Shown here: positions 1 to 9,076 of the stretch, one piece after another
Numbering within the stretch: position 1 is the stretch's first letter
How the letters are laid out: each line of letters begins with the position of its first letter
Source: Gammaproteobacteria bacterium
Lineage (GTDB): Bacteria; Pseudomonadota; Gammaproteobacteria; DSM-16500
Length of the DNA: 64,000 bases
Direction: 5' to 3'
Assembly (NCBI GenBank): GCA_021325575.1
Contig: JAJPGW010000004.1
Coordinates: forward strand, 42,633-106,632
Translations under genes and position numbers: made by a program
Notes under the pieces: generated by a model
Databases searched by the model: none
The model's input: only the letters and a program-made list of their open reading frames with translations
What the model was told of the DNA's origin: nothing

Positions 1-19
1 CCTAATAGTTGGTGTCAAC

Positions 20-847
20 GTGAGTAGCGTGAAACAAACATACATGCGATGTGTGTCATTTTGCACAGCCAGTGCCTATGATTTAACAGGTCTTGCCAAT
101 TCGTTTAAACGTAAAAGTCACTACATCGTCAGACAATCTCGCGATGTGCTTCATGTCACCAATTTAAAAAAAATGGCGGATATTTTCTTTTTTAGCCACG
201 GTTGTTTTGTTTGCTGGGGATTGAAAAAACCGCAGGAACAAAAATTGTTAGAGCATGTGAAAGAATTTTCAATTGGGCCGATTTCGACGATTCAAACCGA
301 CCATTTTTGTTTTCGTTTTGGTGAAGAAACTTCAATTGATTCACACGAGCGATTCAAAGTGGATGTGATTACACTGGATTCCGATAATCCACAAGTTAAA
401 CTGGCGATTTCTTACGGTCTTGCGCAATCCATTAAATTAGAAGCGTTTGAAGACGCGATTCAAGAAACCATCAAGAAAAATAGTTCACTGCCCGAAGACT
501 TTGCAAACAAAGGCATTGTTTCATTATCTCGACGGTCACTTTTTCAGCGCGTCGGTGAAATTTTTATTGCGCGCAGTTCCATCAATTTAAGCATTGAATA
601 TCTCGATGTACCTGAATTTTTTTGGCGAAATTCTAATCTCGAGCCTTTTTACATGATGACAAAAAAATTTCTGGATATTCCAAGCCGTGTTATGGCGCTT
701 AATCAAAAATTAGATGTTTTGCAAGAACTGCTTCACATCTTAAATAGTCAGGTCCAACATAGACATTCCAGTATGCTGGAAACCATCATCATTGTTTTAA
801 TCGTCGTTGAAATTGTGATTAGTTTGTTTCAGTTTCACTTATGGTGA
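20..847 (+). CDS. RMD1/DUF155-like protein with C-terminal TM helix
   Basis: 275-aa ORF with a soluble body and a single C-terminal hydrophobic helix (IIIVLIVVEIVISLF). The architecture is recalled as the DUF155/RMD1 family. GTG at 20, alternative ATG at 44. Confidence 0.45.
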   Translation: MSSVKQTYMRCVSFCTASAYDLTGLANSFKRKSHYIVRQSRDVLHVTNLKKMADIFFFSHGCFVCWGLKKPQEQKLLEHVKEFSIGPISTIQTDHFCFRFGEETSIDSHERFKVDVITLDSDNPQVKLAISYGLAQSIKLEAFEDAIQETIKKNSSLPEDFANKGIVSLSRRSLFQRVGEIFIARSSINLSIEYLDVPEFFWRNSNLEPFYMMTKKFLDIPSRVMALNQKLDVLQELLHILNSQVQHRHSSMLETIIIVLIVVEIVISLFQFHLW

Positions 848-854
848 ATATATT

Positions 855-936
855 ACGTCATTGCGAGGCCTGTTTTTTAGGCCGAAGCAATCTCTAAAAG
901 ATTGCTTCACCGCCTATCGACGGCTCGCAATGACGT
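855..936. repeat. 82-bp compound palindromic extragenic element (REP/MITE-like)
   Basis: Outer arms ACGTCATTGCGAG (855-867) and CTCGCAATGACGT (924-936). Inner arms GAAGCAATCT / AGATTGCTTC plus a GGCC-N-GGCC hairpin. The right half recurs at 18645-18679. Confidence 0.8.
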
Positions 937-2047
937 TAATAAAAGAATTAATCTCTGCACAAATAAATTCCATCGCATAAAACTTCACTCGTTCACCGCG
1001 TCCGCGATAGGGAATTTTCTTTTCGATTTTTTTATTATTTTTTGTGAATAAAATTTCAAGATGAGTCAATTCGGTGTCTTCGCCATTCCAATATTCTTTT
1101 AACCCGCGAATAATAATATCAGCTGAATTGTCAGAGGAAAAAGTAAGGTGAGAATTATTTTTGGGTGTTGCAAGCGTGCTTTCGAGTAATCCATGTGTCG
1201 CTAGGTCATTCACTTTCACAACAAAATTAATTTTTTCCAGTTCTTTTCTAAGCTCGGCAGAAGCCGTTTGATTGCCATGACTAATGAGATAGGGTGCAAT
1301 TGCATTTTTAATCAAGGGTAAAAGCGTTTCAAAATCTTTTTGGTTGCTGGAATATAATTTAAATTCAATATACGGAAACGCTAGACGATATCCCGTCATG
1401 CAATCATACGGTTTAGCTATTTTATCTAATTCATCCGCAATCATGCTTTCGCCAATACCAAATAAAAGCCAGGACTGAAAATATAAAATTTTCTGGAATC
1501 CGGATTTTTTAAGCAAGGGTAAAACAGTGTTATCAATCATGGGTAAGCATTCAAATGGCGGTCCCGGCAGCATAAAAATGAGCTGTTCCGGAGTCTGAAG
1601 ATAACAACCTGCGGCTGTTCCCGATGGATTTGAAATCAGAACCGATCCCTCTGGAAATAATGCCTGTTGGCGATTGCTCTCTGGCGGTTCACCTTTGTAA
1701 CCCAACAATTTAAATCGCTCGCAAATCGCATGCCAGACTTCTTCGTGGAAAACCAGCGGGCGATTAATGACTTTGCTTAACGCATACCGGGTTAAATCAT
1801 CCGAAGTGGGCCCGAGGCCTCCTGTGATAATCAGCGCGCGATGATTTTTCAACAAAAAATTCATGGTTAATTCGATCTGATCAATATGATCAGAAACCGC
1901 CATGTGCAAACCCGGCTGCATGCCGGCAGAAAAAAGTTTTTGCGCAATGATTTGAGCGTTCGAATTTAAAATATCACCATTGATGATTTCATCACCGGTG
2001 GCCAGTAGCGCAATTTTATTGGTTGTAGCAAGTGTGTCTCGTGACAT
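914..2047 (-). CDS. CinA-like protein (MoCF/molybdopterin-binding domain, YfaY-type, no PncC domain)
   Basis: N-terminal IALLATGDEIINGDILNSNAQ...ALIITGGLGPTSDDLT is the CinA/MoCF-BD signature. ATG at 2047 chosen over the upstream extension. The last codons (..VIASRR) run into the palindromic element. Confidence 0.7.
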   Translation of the reverse strand: MSRDTLATTNKIALLATGDEIINGDILNSNAQIIAQKLFSAGMQPGLHMAVSDHIDQIELTMNFLLKNHRALIITGGLGPTSDDLTRYALSKVINRPLVFHEEVWHAICERFKLLGYKGEPPESNRQQALFPEGSVLISNPSGTAAGCYLQTPEQLIFMLPGPPFECLPMIDNTVLPLLKKSGFQKILYFQSWLLFGIGESMIADELDKIAKPYDCMTGYRLAFPYIEFKLYSSNQKDFETLLPLIKNAIAPYLISHGNQTASAELRKELEKINFVVKVNDLATHGLLESTLATPKNNSHLTFSSDNSADIIIRGLKEYWNGEDTELTHLEILFTKNNKKIEKKIPYRGRGERVKFYAMEFICAEINSFINVIASRR

Positions 2048-2131
2048 GCAAGAGATTATAAGGTATTCGTTCAGATTTGGCGATGGGGATAAAACGCTTC
2101 TCTCACGAAGTGAGAGAAGCAATTTAAGAGA

Positions 2132-2548
2132 TTATTCTGATTTGTCTTTACTAGCAGCGGGTTCTTCTGAATTTTCAACTTCCATTTTGCTGTTAGAAGC
2201 CAATTTTTCTTTAATACGAGCCGCTTTACCACTTAAGTCACGCATGTAGTAAAGTTTAGCGCGGCGAACATCACCACGGCGTTTTAATTCAACGTTATCA
2301 ATCATTGGGCTGTAGGTTTGGAATACGCGCTCAACGCCAACACCGTGCGAAATTTTGCGAACGGTGAAAGAAGAATTCAAGCCGCGGCTGCGTTTAGCAA
2401 TCACCACACCTTCGTAAGACTGCAAACGGACGCGTTCGCCTTCTTTTACTTTGACTTGCACAATGACGGTGTCGCCGGGTGCAAAATCGGGCAATGCCTT
2501 GCTATTTTGCATTTGTTCGGTTTCGAGCATTTGAATGACTTTGTTCAT
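2132..2548 (-). CDS. rplS: 50S ribosomal protein L19
   Basis: Matches L19 ([32 protein letters not shown]). Carries a ~20-aa acidic/lysine C-terminal extension. Lies in the rpsP-rimM-trmD-rplS operon. Confidence 0.95.
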   Translation of the reverse strand: MNKVIQMLETEQMQNSKALPDFAPGDTVIVQVKVKEGERVRLQSYEGVVIAKRSRGLNSSFTVRKISHGVGVERVFQTYSPMIDNVELKRRGDVRRAKLYYMRDLSGKAARIKEKLASNSKMEVENSEEPAASKDKSE

Positions 2549-2570
2549 GGTATTTCCTCAACCTTAATAA

Positions 2571-3305
2571 CTATTTCGTTTCTTTGATAAACTCCATCAA
2601 TAATTCCAATTGATGGCGATCTAAATTCATCTTTTGTAACAAATCCGGGCGTTTCATCCAGGTCTTGCCGAGTGATTGTTTTAACCGCCAGCGTTCGATT
2701 GCGGCATGGTTCCCACTCAATAACACATCCGGTACGACCATTCCATTAAACTCTTCAGGCCGCGTATACTGAGGATATTCCAGCAATCCCGTGGTCAGCG
2801 AATCATTCGCCGCCGAATCCTCATGTCCTAAGGCGCCCGGTATCAGTCTAGTGACCGCATCGATCATGATCAGGGCGGGTAATTCACCGCCAGATAACAC
2901 ATAATCGCCGATCGACCATTCTTCATCGATTTCTGATTGCAGCAGGCGTTCATCAATGCCTTCGTATCGGCCGCAAATCAGGATCACATTGTCTTGCTTT
3001 AAAAAACTTTCTGCCGCTTGCTGATTAAACATCTTGCCCTGTGGCGTTAGATGAATAACCTTGGCTTTGGCCGGTGCTGCGCTTTTTGCTGCACGGATGG
3101 CATCTTGTAACGGTTGCGCCATCATCACCATTCCGGGTCCGCCGCCATAAGGACGGTCATCGACATTCCGGTATTTATTCTGTGTGAAATCCCTAGGGTT
3201 CCAACACGTCACGCTAACTAATTTTTCGTCTATCGCGCGGCCAGTGACGCCAAAGCGCAATGTTTCAATCATTTCTGGAAAAAGAGTGACTATACCAAAC
3301 CACAC
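2571..3305 (-). CDS. trmD: tRNA (guanine37-N1)-methyltransferase
   Basis: [12 protein letters not shown]...[13 protein letters not shown]...[10 protein letters not shown] motifs, in operon context. Confidence 0.95.
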   Translation of the reverse strand: MWFGIVTLFPEMIETLRFGVTGRAIDEKLVSVTCWNPRDFTQNKYRNVDDRPYGGGPGMVMMAQPLQDAIRAAKSAAPAKAKVIHLTPQGKMFNQQAAESFLKQDNVILICGRYEGIDERLLQSEIDEEWSIGDYVLSGGELPALIMIDAVTRLIPGALGHEDSAANDSLTTGLLEYPQYTRPEEFNGMVVPDVLLSGNHAAIERWRLKQSLGKTWMKRPDLLQKMNLDRHQLELLMEFIKETK

Positions 3306-3809
3306 TTAAATTTCATCCCAATTAACGTATATTTTGCTTTCCGCCAAATCGACACGAGTGACGACTTGACCGGGTAAATAAGGGATAGCTTGTTCTTTTT
3401 CGCCTTTTACGACCAATACATCATTTGACCCTGTCGCGATTAAATAACTCACTTTGCCTAATGTTTTCCCGTGCTGGTCAATGACGGTCAAACCTTTTAA
3501 ATCGCTCCAGTAATATTCATCTTTTTCTAATACGGGCAGTTCTGATCTTAAAATTGCCAATTTTTTGCCACTTAACAGGCGGGCTTTTTCAGGGGTATGA
3601 ATGCCTGAAAATTTGACAATAACGCCTTTGCCGTATTGCTGGCTGGCTTCCAGTTCAATGGTTCGCCAGCCGTCTTTATCTTCAATATACCAAGGGCTGT
3701 AATCCAGTATATTGGCTGCCACTTCAGTATAAGACAGGATTTTCAGCCATCCTTTGACGCCGTAGGTCGAGCCTACTTTACCTACTAGAATATAATCGGT
3801 ATTCGTCAT
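3306..3809 (-). CDS. rimM: 16S rRNA processing protein RimM
   Basis: 167 aa. The pattern VGKVGSTYGVKGWLKI and the position between rpsP and trmD fit RimM. Confidence 0.9.
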   Translation of the reverse strand: MTNTDYILVGKVGSTYGVKGWLKILSYTEVAANILDYSPWYIEDKDGWRTIELEASQQYGKGVIVKFSGIHTPEKARLLSGKKLAILRSELPVLEKDEYYWSDLKGLTVIDQHGKTLGKVSYLIATGSNDVLVVKGEKEQAIPYLPGQVVTRVDLAESKIYVNWDEI

Positions 3810-3826
3810 GGGCAGAAAATGACCTA

Positions 3827-4102
3827 TTAAGCAGCCGCGGTGGTTCCCGTCGTTTCTGCTGTTTTTTCATAGGTTTTGATCAGCTGTTTAACGCGATCAG
3901 AAGGTTGTGCACCCTGTGAAATCCAGTACTGAATACGTTCAAAATTCATGTGTAAACGGACGTCTTTGCCAGCCGCAATCGGGTTAAAATAGCCCAAGCG
4001 TTCAATGCAACGGCCATCGCGAGCACGGCGTTTGTCAGCCGCAACAATTGTATAAAAAGGGCGTTTATTGACGCCGCTTCGTGATAAGCGAATTACTACC
4101 AT
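3827..4102 (-). CDS. rpsP: 30S ribosomal protein S16
   Basis: MVVIRLSRSGVNKRPFY.IVAAD.R..RDGR.IERLGYFNP. Confidence 0.95.
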   Translation of the reverse strand: MVVIRLSRSGVNKRPFYTIVAADKRRARDGRCIERLGYFNPIAAGKDVRLHMNFERIQYWISQGAQPSDRVKQLIKTYEKTAETTGTTAAA

Positions 4103-4166
4103 TCGTAAAGCTTCCCAATATAGTGTTATAGATGAAGGTCACGGATTATACGCGGTTTTTGGGGAG

Positions 4167-4336
4167 TTGCAAATAACTTCGGGGCGGAAAAAATGTCTTT
4201 TTTTAATAAAGATTATTGGTCTGGGTCCTGTCAGTATAGTGTTTTTTTGCGTGCGAGCACGCAAAAAAACACTATACTGCCACCCCGTTTTTTATATTAA
4301 AAAAAGACATTTTTTCCGCCCCGAAGTTATTTGCAA
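4167..4336. repeat. 170-bp nested perfect palindrome (MITE-like, 40-bp terminal inverted repeats)
   Basis: 4167-4206 TTGCAAATAACTTCGGGGCGGAAAAAATGTCTTTTTTTAA is the exact reverse complement of 4297-4336. An inner perfect 23-bp hairpin spans 4232-4254 / 4257-4279. Confidence 0.9.
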
Positions 4337-4339
4337 AGA

Positions 4340-4467
4340 GAGGGTGGTGATTTCAGGCCGAAGGCCGTAAGAGAATAGCCCAGGCTAAGGGCGCGCTCTT
4401 TGCGCCCGCCGGCCTGGGTGTGTGGAATTGTCGATGAGGTAAGCGCTGAAAGCGCGTAACAGGGTTG
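4340..4467. repeat. GC-rich cluster of short hairpins downstream of ffh
   Basis: Hairpins seen: GGCCGAAGGCC; CCCAGGC...GCCTGGG enclosing GGGCGC-GCTCTT-GCGCCC; and GCGCTGAAAGCGC next to the ffh stop. Composition is clearly GC-richer than the flanks. Confidence 0.6.
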
Positions 4468-5850
4468 TTAGCCCATCGGCGGAAGGCCGCCGCCCATGCC
4501 GCCGAAGCCGCCTGGGAGCTTGCCTTGTAGGCCGCGCATCATTTTCATCATGCCGCCGCCTTTGAATTTTTTCAGCATTTTTTGCATGATGATGAATTGT
4601 TTTAAAAGACGGTTGACGGCTTGAATATCCGTGCCGGAACCCATGGCGATGCGGCGTTTGCGGGAGCCTTTGATTAAATCGGGGAAACGGCGTTCTTTGG
4701 GGGTCATAGAATTGATGATGGCTTCGATTTCGACCAGCATTTTGTCGTTGATTTTGTCTTTGGCAGCGGCGGGGATTGCGCCCATGCCGGGCAATTTATT
4801 CATGATGCCCATGATGCCGCCCATTTTGGTGACTTGTTTTAATTGGTCGCGGAAATCTTCCAAATCAAACGTTTTGCCTTTTTTGATTTTTTTCGCGAGT
4901 TTTTCGGCTTTTTCGCGGTCAATGTTGCGTTCGACATCTTCAACCAATGACAGAACATCACCCATGCCCAAAATGCGAGAAGCAATCCGATCCGGATAAA
5001 AAGGTTCGAGCGCATCGATTTTTTCGCCGACACCAATAAACTTAATGGGTTTGCCAGTGATTTGACGAATGGAAAGAGCAGCACCACCACGTGCATCGCC
5101 ATCGGTTTTGGTAAGAACGACACCAGTTAAGGGCAGGGCATCGTTAAAGGCTTTCGCAGTATTCGCAGCATCTTGGCCGGTCATGCTGTCGACCACAAAT
5201 AAAGTTTCGATGGGTTGAATTGCTCCGTGCAAGCGCTTAATTTCATCCATCATTTCATTATCAATATGCAAGCGGCCGGCGGTGTCGATGATGACGACGT
5301 CGACTAATTTGGATTTGGCAGCTTGAATCGCATCGCGTGCAATCACAACGGGATCTTGGTTTTCATGACTTGGAAAAAAATCCACATCGACGGTTTTAGC
5401 CAGTGTTTCTAGCTGTTTGATCGCAGCAGGACGATAAACGTCGGCGCTGGTTACCATCACGGATTTTTTCTGTTGTTTCAGCCAGCGAGCGAGTTTTGCA
5501 ACGGTTGTGGTTTTTCCCGAACCCTGTAAACCCGCCATTAAAATAATAGCAGGCGGCTGAGTGGTCAGATTGAGTGAATCGCAATGCTCGCCCATTAATA
5601 AAACCAGTTCATCGTGAACCAGTTTAATCAGTGCTTGGCCTGGCGTTAGACTTTCTAGAATTTCCACGCCCACCGCTTTGGTCTTAATGTGTTCGATAAA
5701 TTCCTTTACGACGGGCAACGCAACGTCTGCTTCAAGCAACGCCATACGAATATCGCGTAATGTTTCTTCGATATTTTCAGGGGTTAATCGCCCGCGGCCG
5801 CTTAAATTTTTTAATACCCGTGTTAATCGTTCTGAAAGATTGGAAAACAT
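4468..5850 (-). CDS. ffh: signal recognition particle protein Ffh
   Basis: MFSNLSERL...GLQGSGKTTT..DTAGRL..TK.DGDARGGAALS, plus an M-domain with a Gly/Met-rich tail. ATG at 5850 preferred to the 11-codon extension. Confidence 0.95.
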   Translation of the reverse strand: MFSNLSERLTRVLKNLSGRGRLTPENIEETLRDIRMALLEADVALPVVKEFIEHIKTKAVGVEILESLTPGQALIKLVHDELVLLMGEHCDSLNLTTQPPAIILMAGLQGSGKTTTVAKLARWLKQQKKSVMVTSADVYRPAAIKQLETLAKTVDVDFFPSHENQDPVVIARDAIQAAKSKLVDVVIIDTAGRLHIDNEMMDEIKRLHGAIQPIETLFVVDSMTGQDAANTAKAFNDALPLTGVVLTKTDGDARGGAALSIRQITGKPIKFIGVGEKIDALEPFYPDRIASRILGMGDVLSLVEDVERNIDREKAEKLAKKIKKGKTFDLEDFRDQLKQVTKMGGIMGIMNKLPGMGAIPAAAKDKINDKMLVEIEAIINSMTPKERRFPDLIKGSRKRRIAMGSGTDIQAVNRLLKQFIIMQKMLKKFKGGGMMKMMRGLQGKLPGGFGGMGGGLPPMG

Positions 5851-5904
5851 ATATTCACACTCAAGAATGCCCAAAAATGGCAATGAGTATACCGGAAGTT
5901 TCGT

Positions 5905-7266
5905 TTATAGATCAAATGTTTCAGCTTGCGGAGCGGGTTCCGGTGCAGGTGTTTTTTGTGGATCCAAAAGTGGTTTAGCAAACATCCCAGCCTCGCTCGG
6001 TCGGGAACAACATTTTCGAAATTGATTAGCAATAGTGGTCCCGCACCAGGATAAAGTTGTTCCAAGCTGTGAAAGACGACTACAAGCGCTATCTTTTAGC
6101 ATGCTCGCGCCTGCTTTTATTTTTTCACCAATAGGGGATGCCACCCTTTGTACTTTCGGATAAAAAATAAAGCTGTAATAAAGCAACAAATGAAAACTAT
6201 AAGAAATAATAAGCGGATTAATGGCCCAAGTTTTGGTCGTGTCATCGGATGTAATATCCTGATAGTTTTCTTGTGTTAATTGTCGCTCAACAAAACTCAA
6301 TGTGCCGGCCATGACGGTCGTCACTAATCCAAAACTGAATATTTCACTTAAATGCGGATAACGCCCATCGGGTTTCGGTATTTTCCTAATAAAAGTTAAA
6401 AACCGGTCCATTTCATGCATAATCATTTCCTGGTTATAACAAAAATCGGTTAATCCTTTAGGAAAATTTAAAAAAATTAATACAAGACACTTTCCGGCAG
6501 TAGAAGTGACTCCGAAATAAGCTGTCGAAGTTGCAAAGGCGAATAACATAGCACCCGCTGAACCTGGAATTCTAACAATCAAACTCAATCCTTCATGCGC
6601 TTTGCAATATTTTTTTCTTTGATTAGAAAAAAATTTTATTACCGTATCAAAAAACCGAAATCCCTCGCTAAATACAAAAGCAGTATTTCCGGCAAATGCA
6701 CAAATTCTTGCGAGTAAAATGGGATACGGAATATGGGAGGGTATCTGTGTTTGATTATCATCTGCAGCAAAACTGAGTGAGTTAATTATTTCATTCGTTA
6801 AGCTAATCAGAAGCACAGCGGACCCTGTAATTACAATGCATCGTAATGCGCCGGGAGATAATCCACCTTGTTTCCATTCATTCGGTAATTTTCGATTAAC
6901 AATCATGCTAACGGTAGTTTTGATGCCATGAGCAGTATTCGAAATATCAAAAATCGCGCTTGCAGCCCCGAACCCTTTGATAACAATTTGAGGACCCAGC
7001 GTATTTGGCAAGAAAGCCAATCTAGAAAAATTGAGCGGCAAAATATTGATGGAGCTCGGCGAACACCTTAATCCATCTTCAATTTCACTGACATAATTAA
7101 AACCAATAGCACCGGCAAGGGCCACAATAATGATGCCGTTGCCGATATAAATAATTTTATCGCGTGTTTCATGTTTGTTGACCGTACATGAAAGAACGAT
7201 AGATTGTTCTGTTACGGGTTCATCCACAGGATGATATGCGAAGGCTCTGCCATTCATGTTAATCAC
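5905..7266 (-). CDS. orphan polytopic membrane protein
   Basis: 453-aa ORF with many hydrophobic segments and a Pro/Ala-rich C-terminal tail (PQKTPAPEPAPQAETFDL). I recognise no family. Confidence 0.5.
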   Translation of the reverse strand: MINMNGRAFAYHPVDEPVTEQSIVLSCTVNKHETRDKIIYIGNGIIIVALAGAIGFNYVSEIEDGLRCSPSSINILPLNFSRLAFLPNTLGPQIVIKGFGAASAIFDISNTAHGIKTTVSMIVNRKLPNEWKQGGLSPGALRCIVITGSAVLLISLTNEIINSLSFAADDNQTQIPSHIPYPILLARICAFAGNTAFVFSEGFRFFDTVIKFFSNQRKKYCKAHEGLSLIVRIPGSAGAMLFAFATSTAYFGVTSTAGKCLVLIFLNFPKGLTDFCYNQEMIMHEMDRFLTFIRKIPKPDGRYPHLSEIFSFGLVTTVMAGTLSFVERQLTQENYQDITSDDTTKTWAINPLIISYSFHLLLYYSFIFYPKVQRVASPIGEKIKAGASMLKDSACSRLSQLGTTLSWCGTTIANQFRKCCSRPSEAGMFAKPLLDPQKTPAPEPAPQAETFDL

Positions 7267-7375
7267 CTTTTAAAATGATTAATAACCCATCATGACATCC
7301 TTGGATGGCTCTTGAAGGCGTGTATGATAGGGTAAAAATCAGGTAAACTAAAGCTCTAATATATGGGGTTCAAAC

Positions 7376-8635
7376 TTGAGTCATTTTCAAATTACATTGT
7401 TTATTGTGGCGCTGGTGTTTTTGATCCTGTTTTCTGCCTTTTTTTCAGCAGCAGAAACAGGGCTTATGGCGATGAATCGCTATCGCTTGCGTCATCGCGC
7501 CCGAATGAAAAAACGGTCTGCGCTACTCATCTTAAAATTACTGAAACGTCCTGATCGTTTGCTCGGTACGATTTTGATTGGCAATAATTGCGCGAATATT
7601 ATTGCATCGGCTTTGGCGACATTATTAACGGCGCATTTGTTTGGCGAAAAGGCCGTGATCATTTCTACGGTATTATTAGCCATTGTTATTATCATTTTTG
7701 CTGAAGTAGCGCCTAAAACACTGGCGGCTCTCCATCCGGATCGCATTGCTTATTGGGTTGCGATTCCGGTGCGGATCTTGTTATTAATTTTTTATCCTAT
7801 TATCTGGCTTTTGAATGGTGTTTCAAACGGGTTATTACGGTTATTTGGAGTCAAGCTGACGCGTCAAACGAATGAACCATTAACGCGGGAAGAATTGCGG
7901 AGCCTAGTCTATGAAACGTCCGGCCGTTTTGCAAGTCAATATCAACCGATGTTACTCGGAATTTTAGATTTAAATAAAATGATCGTCGAAGATGTGATGA
8001 TTCCGGTTCATGAAGTCGCTGCCATTGATATTGAATCAAAGTGGGAAACAATTAAAAAACAAATTGAACACTGCAAACATGATTGGCTGCCTGTTTATCG
8101 TGAAAACATCAATCAAATTTTGGGGACGCTGCACATTCGAGAATTACTGAATAAATCGCTGGATAAAACCATCGATAAGGATATGATCCTTGCGACGTTA
8201 CATGAACCCTACTTTATTCCCGAAGCAACGCCGCTTAATATTCAACTGATAAATTTTAAACGTGAACGAAAAAATCAGGCATTGGTAGTTGATGAATACG
8301 GCGAAATTCGCGGTTTAGTCACCATGGTTGATATTTTAGAAGAAATCGTTGGCGAATTTACCACGACTGTCACGTCAACCAAAGTCATTGAACGCCAAAA
8401 TGATGGCAGTTATCTCGTCGAAGGGGCGGTCACCATTCGTGAATTGAATCGGGCGACGCAATGGAATTTGCCAACCAAAGGGCCTCGCACATTAAATGGT
8501 TTAATTACAGAAAGTCTGGAAGCCATTCCTCAACCTGGTATTTCACTTAAAATTTCTGATCACCCTATCGAAATTGTAGAGGTAAAAGAAAAACGGGTGA
8601 GAATGGCGCGAGTCTTTCCAAAAGAATCGAGCTAA
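7376..8635 (+). CDS. HlyC/CorC family transporter (CNNM/DUF21 + CBS pair + CorC_HlyC)
   Basis: The N-terminus FFSAAETGLMAMNRYRL, the membrane DUF21 domain, a CBS-like middle and the C-terminal DGSYLVEG...I.ELN motif match this family. It sits next to ffh as yfjD does in E. coli. TTG start. Confidence 0.85.
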   Translation: MSHFQITLFIVALVFLILFSAFFSAAETGLMAMNRYRLRHRARMKKRSALLILKLLKRPDRLLGTILIGNNCANIIASALATLLTAHLFGEKAVIISTVLLAIVIIIFAEVAPKTLAALHPDRIAYWVAIPVRILLLIFYPIIWLLNGVSNGLLRLFGVKLTRQTNEPLTREELRSLVYETSGRFASQYQPMLLGILDLNKMIVEDVMIPVHEVAAIDIESKWETIKKQIEHCKHDWLPVYRENINQILGTLHIRELLNKSLDKTIDKDMILATLHEPYFIPEATPLNIQLINFKRERKNQALVVDEYGEIRGLVTMVDILEEIVGEFTTTVTSTKVIERQNDGSYLVEGAVTIRELNRATQWNLPTKGPRTLNGLITESLEAIPQPGISLKISDHPIEIVEVKEKRVRMARVFPKESS

Positions 8636-9003
8636 CGAATAATCAGCGCGGCAACCACGTGACGATCTTCTGCTGTGAGTGCATTATAAGTTCGACAAGC
8701 AGCGCGGGTATCCATGATTTCAACGCCGATGCCGTAATTGATTAAATCACCATAAATTTCGATATCCGGAAAATGCAAAACCGTGCCCGTCCCGATCAAT
8801 AAAATAGCCGGTTTCATCTCAACAATCGGCGACAAATCGGCAGTCGTTAAATCCGAAATTGTTTCAGGCCGCCAATTTTCGATGAGTTTATCACTTGCAA
8901 CAATAATGCTCTTTGTATAGGTTTGATTGTTGATTTGAATAACGCCGGGCTTATAGCCTCTTATTTGAAATTTGGCATTATTTGAATCAAGTGAAAGTGT
9001 CAT
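8632..9003 (-). CDS. Mth938-like / DUF498 domain protein
   Basis: 123 aa. The patterns I.GY..G.I.IN...Y..S.IV......W and ILLIGTG match the family as I recall it. Confidence 0.55.
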   Translation of the reverse strand: MTLSLDSNNAKFQIRGYKPGVIQINNQTYTKSIIVASDKLIENWRPETISDLTTADLSPIVEMKPAILLIGTGTVLHFPDIEIYGDLINYGIGVEIMDTRAACRTYNALTAEDRHVVAALIIR

Positions 9004-9076
9004 AAATACCCCAAACGTGCCACTTATTTTGATGATAATTATGGTACCATAAAAAAATTTTCTGACGAGTTGAATT

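Noticed and set aside
4068-4370. 100-aa ORF in the track spanning the ffh-rpsP spacer.
   Set aside because: It is composed of the two arms of a perfect 170-bp palindrome, so it is open by symmetry. It has no Shine-Dalgarno sequence and its composition is nonsense.
4167-4467. Possibility that the palindrome-rich spacers (also 40586-40749 and 34946-35162) are CRISPR arrays.
   Set aside because: They are inverted rather than direct repeats. There is no regular repeat-spacer periodicity and there are no cas genes.
6641-6662. A sixth TACCGTA heptamer (ATTACCGT-ATCAAA-AAACCGAA).
   Set aside because: It lies inside the CDS at 5905-7266, has no complementary right half, and is outside the island.
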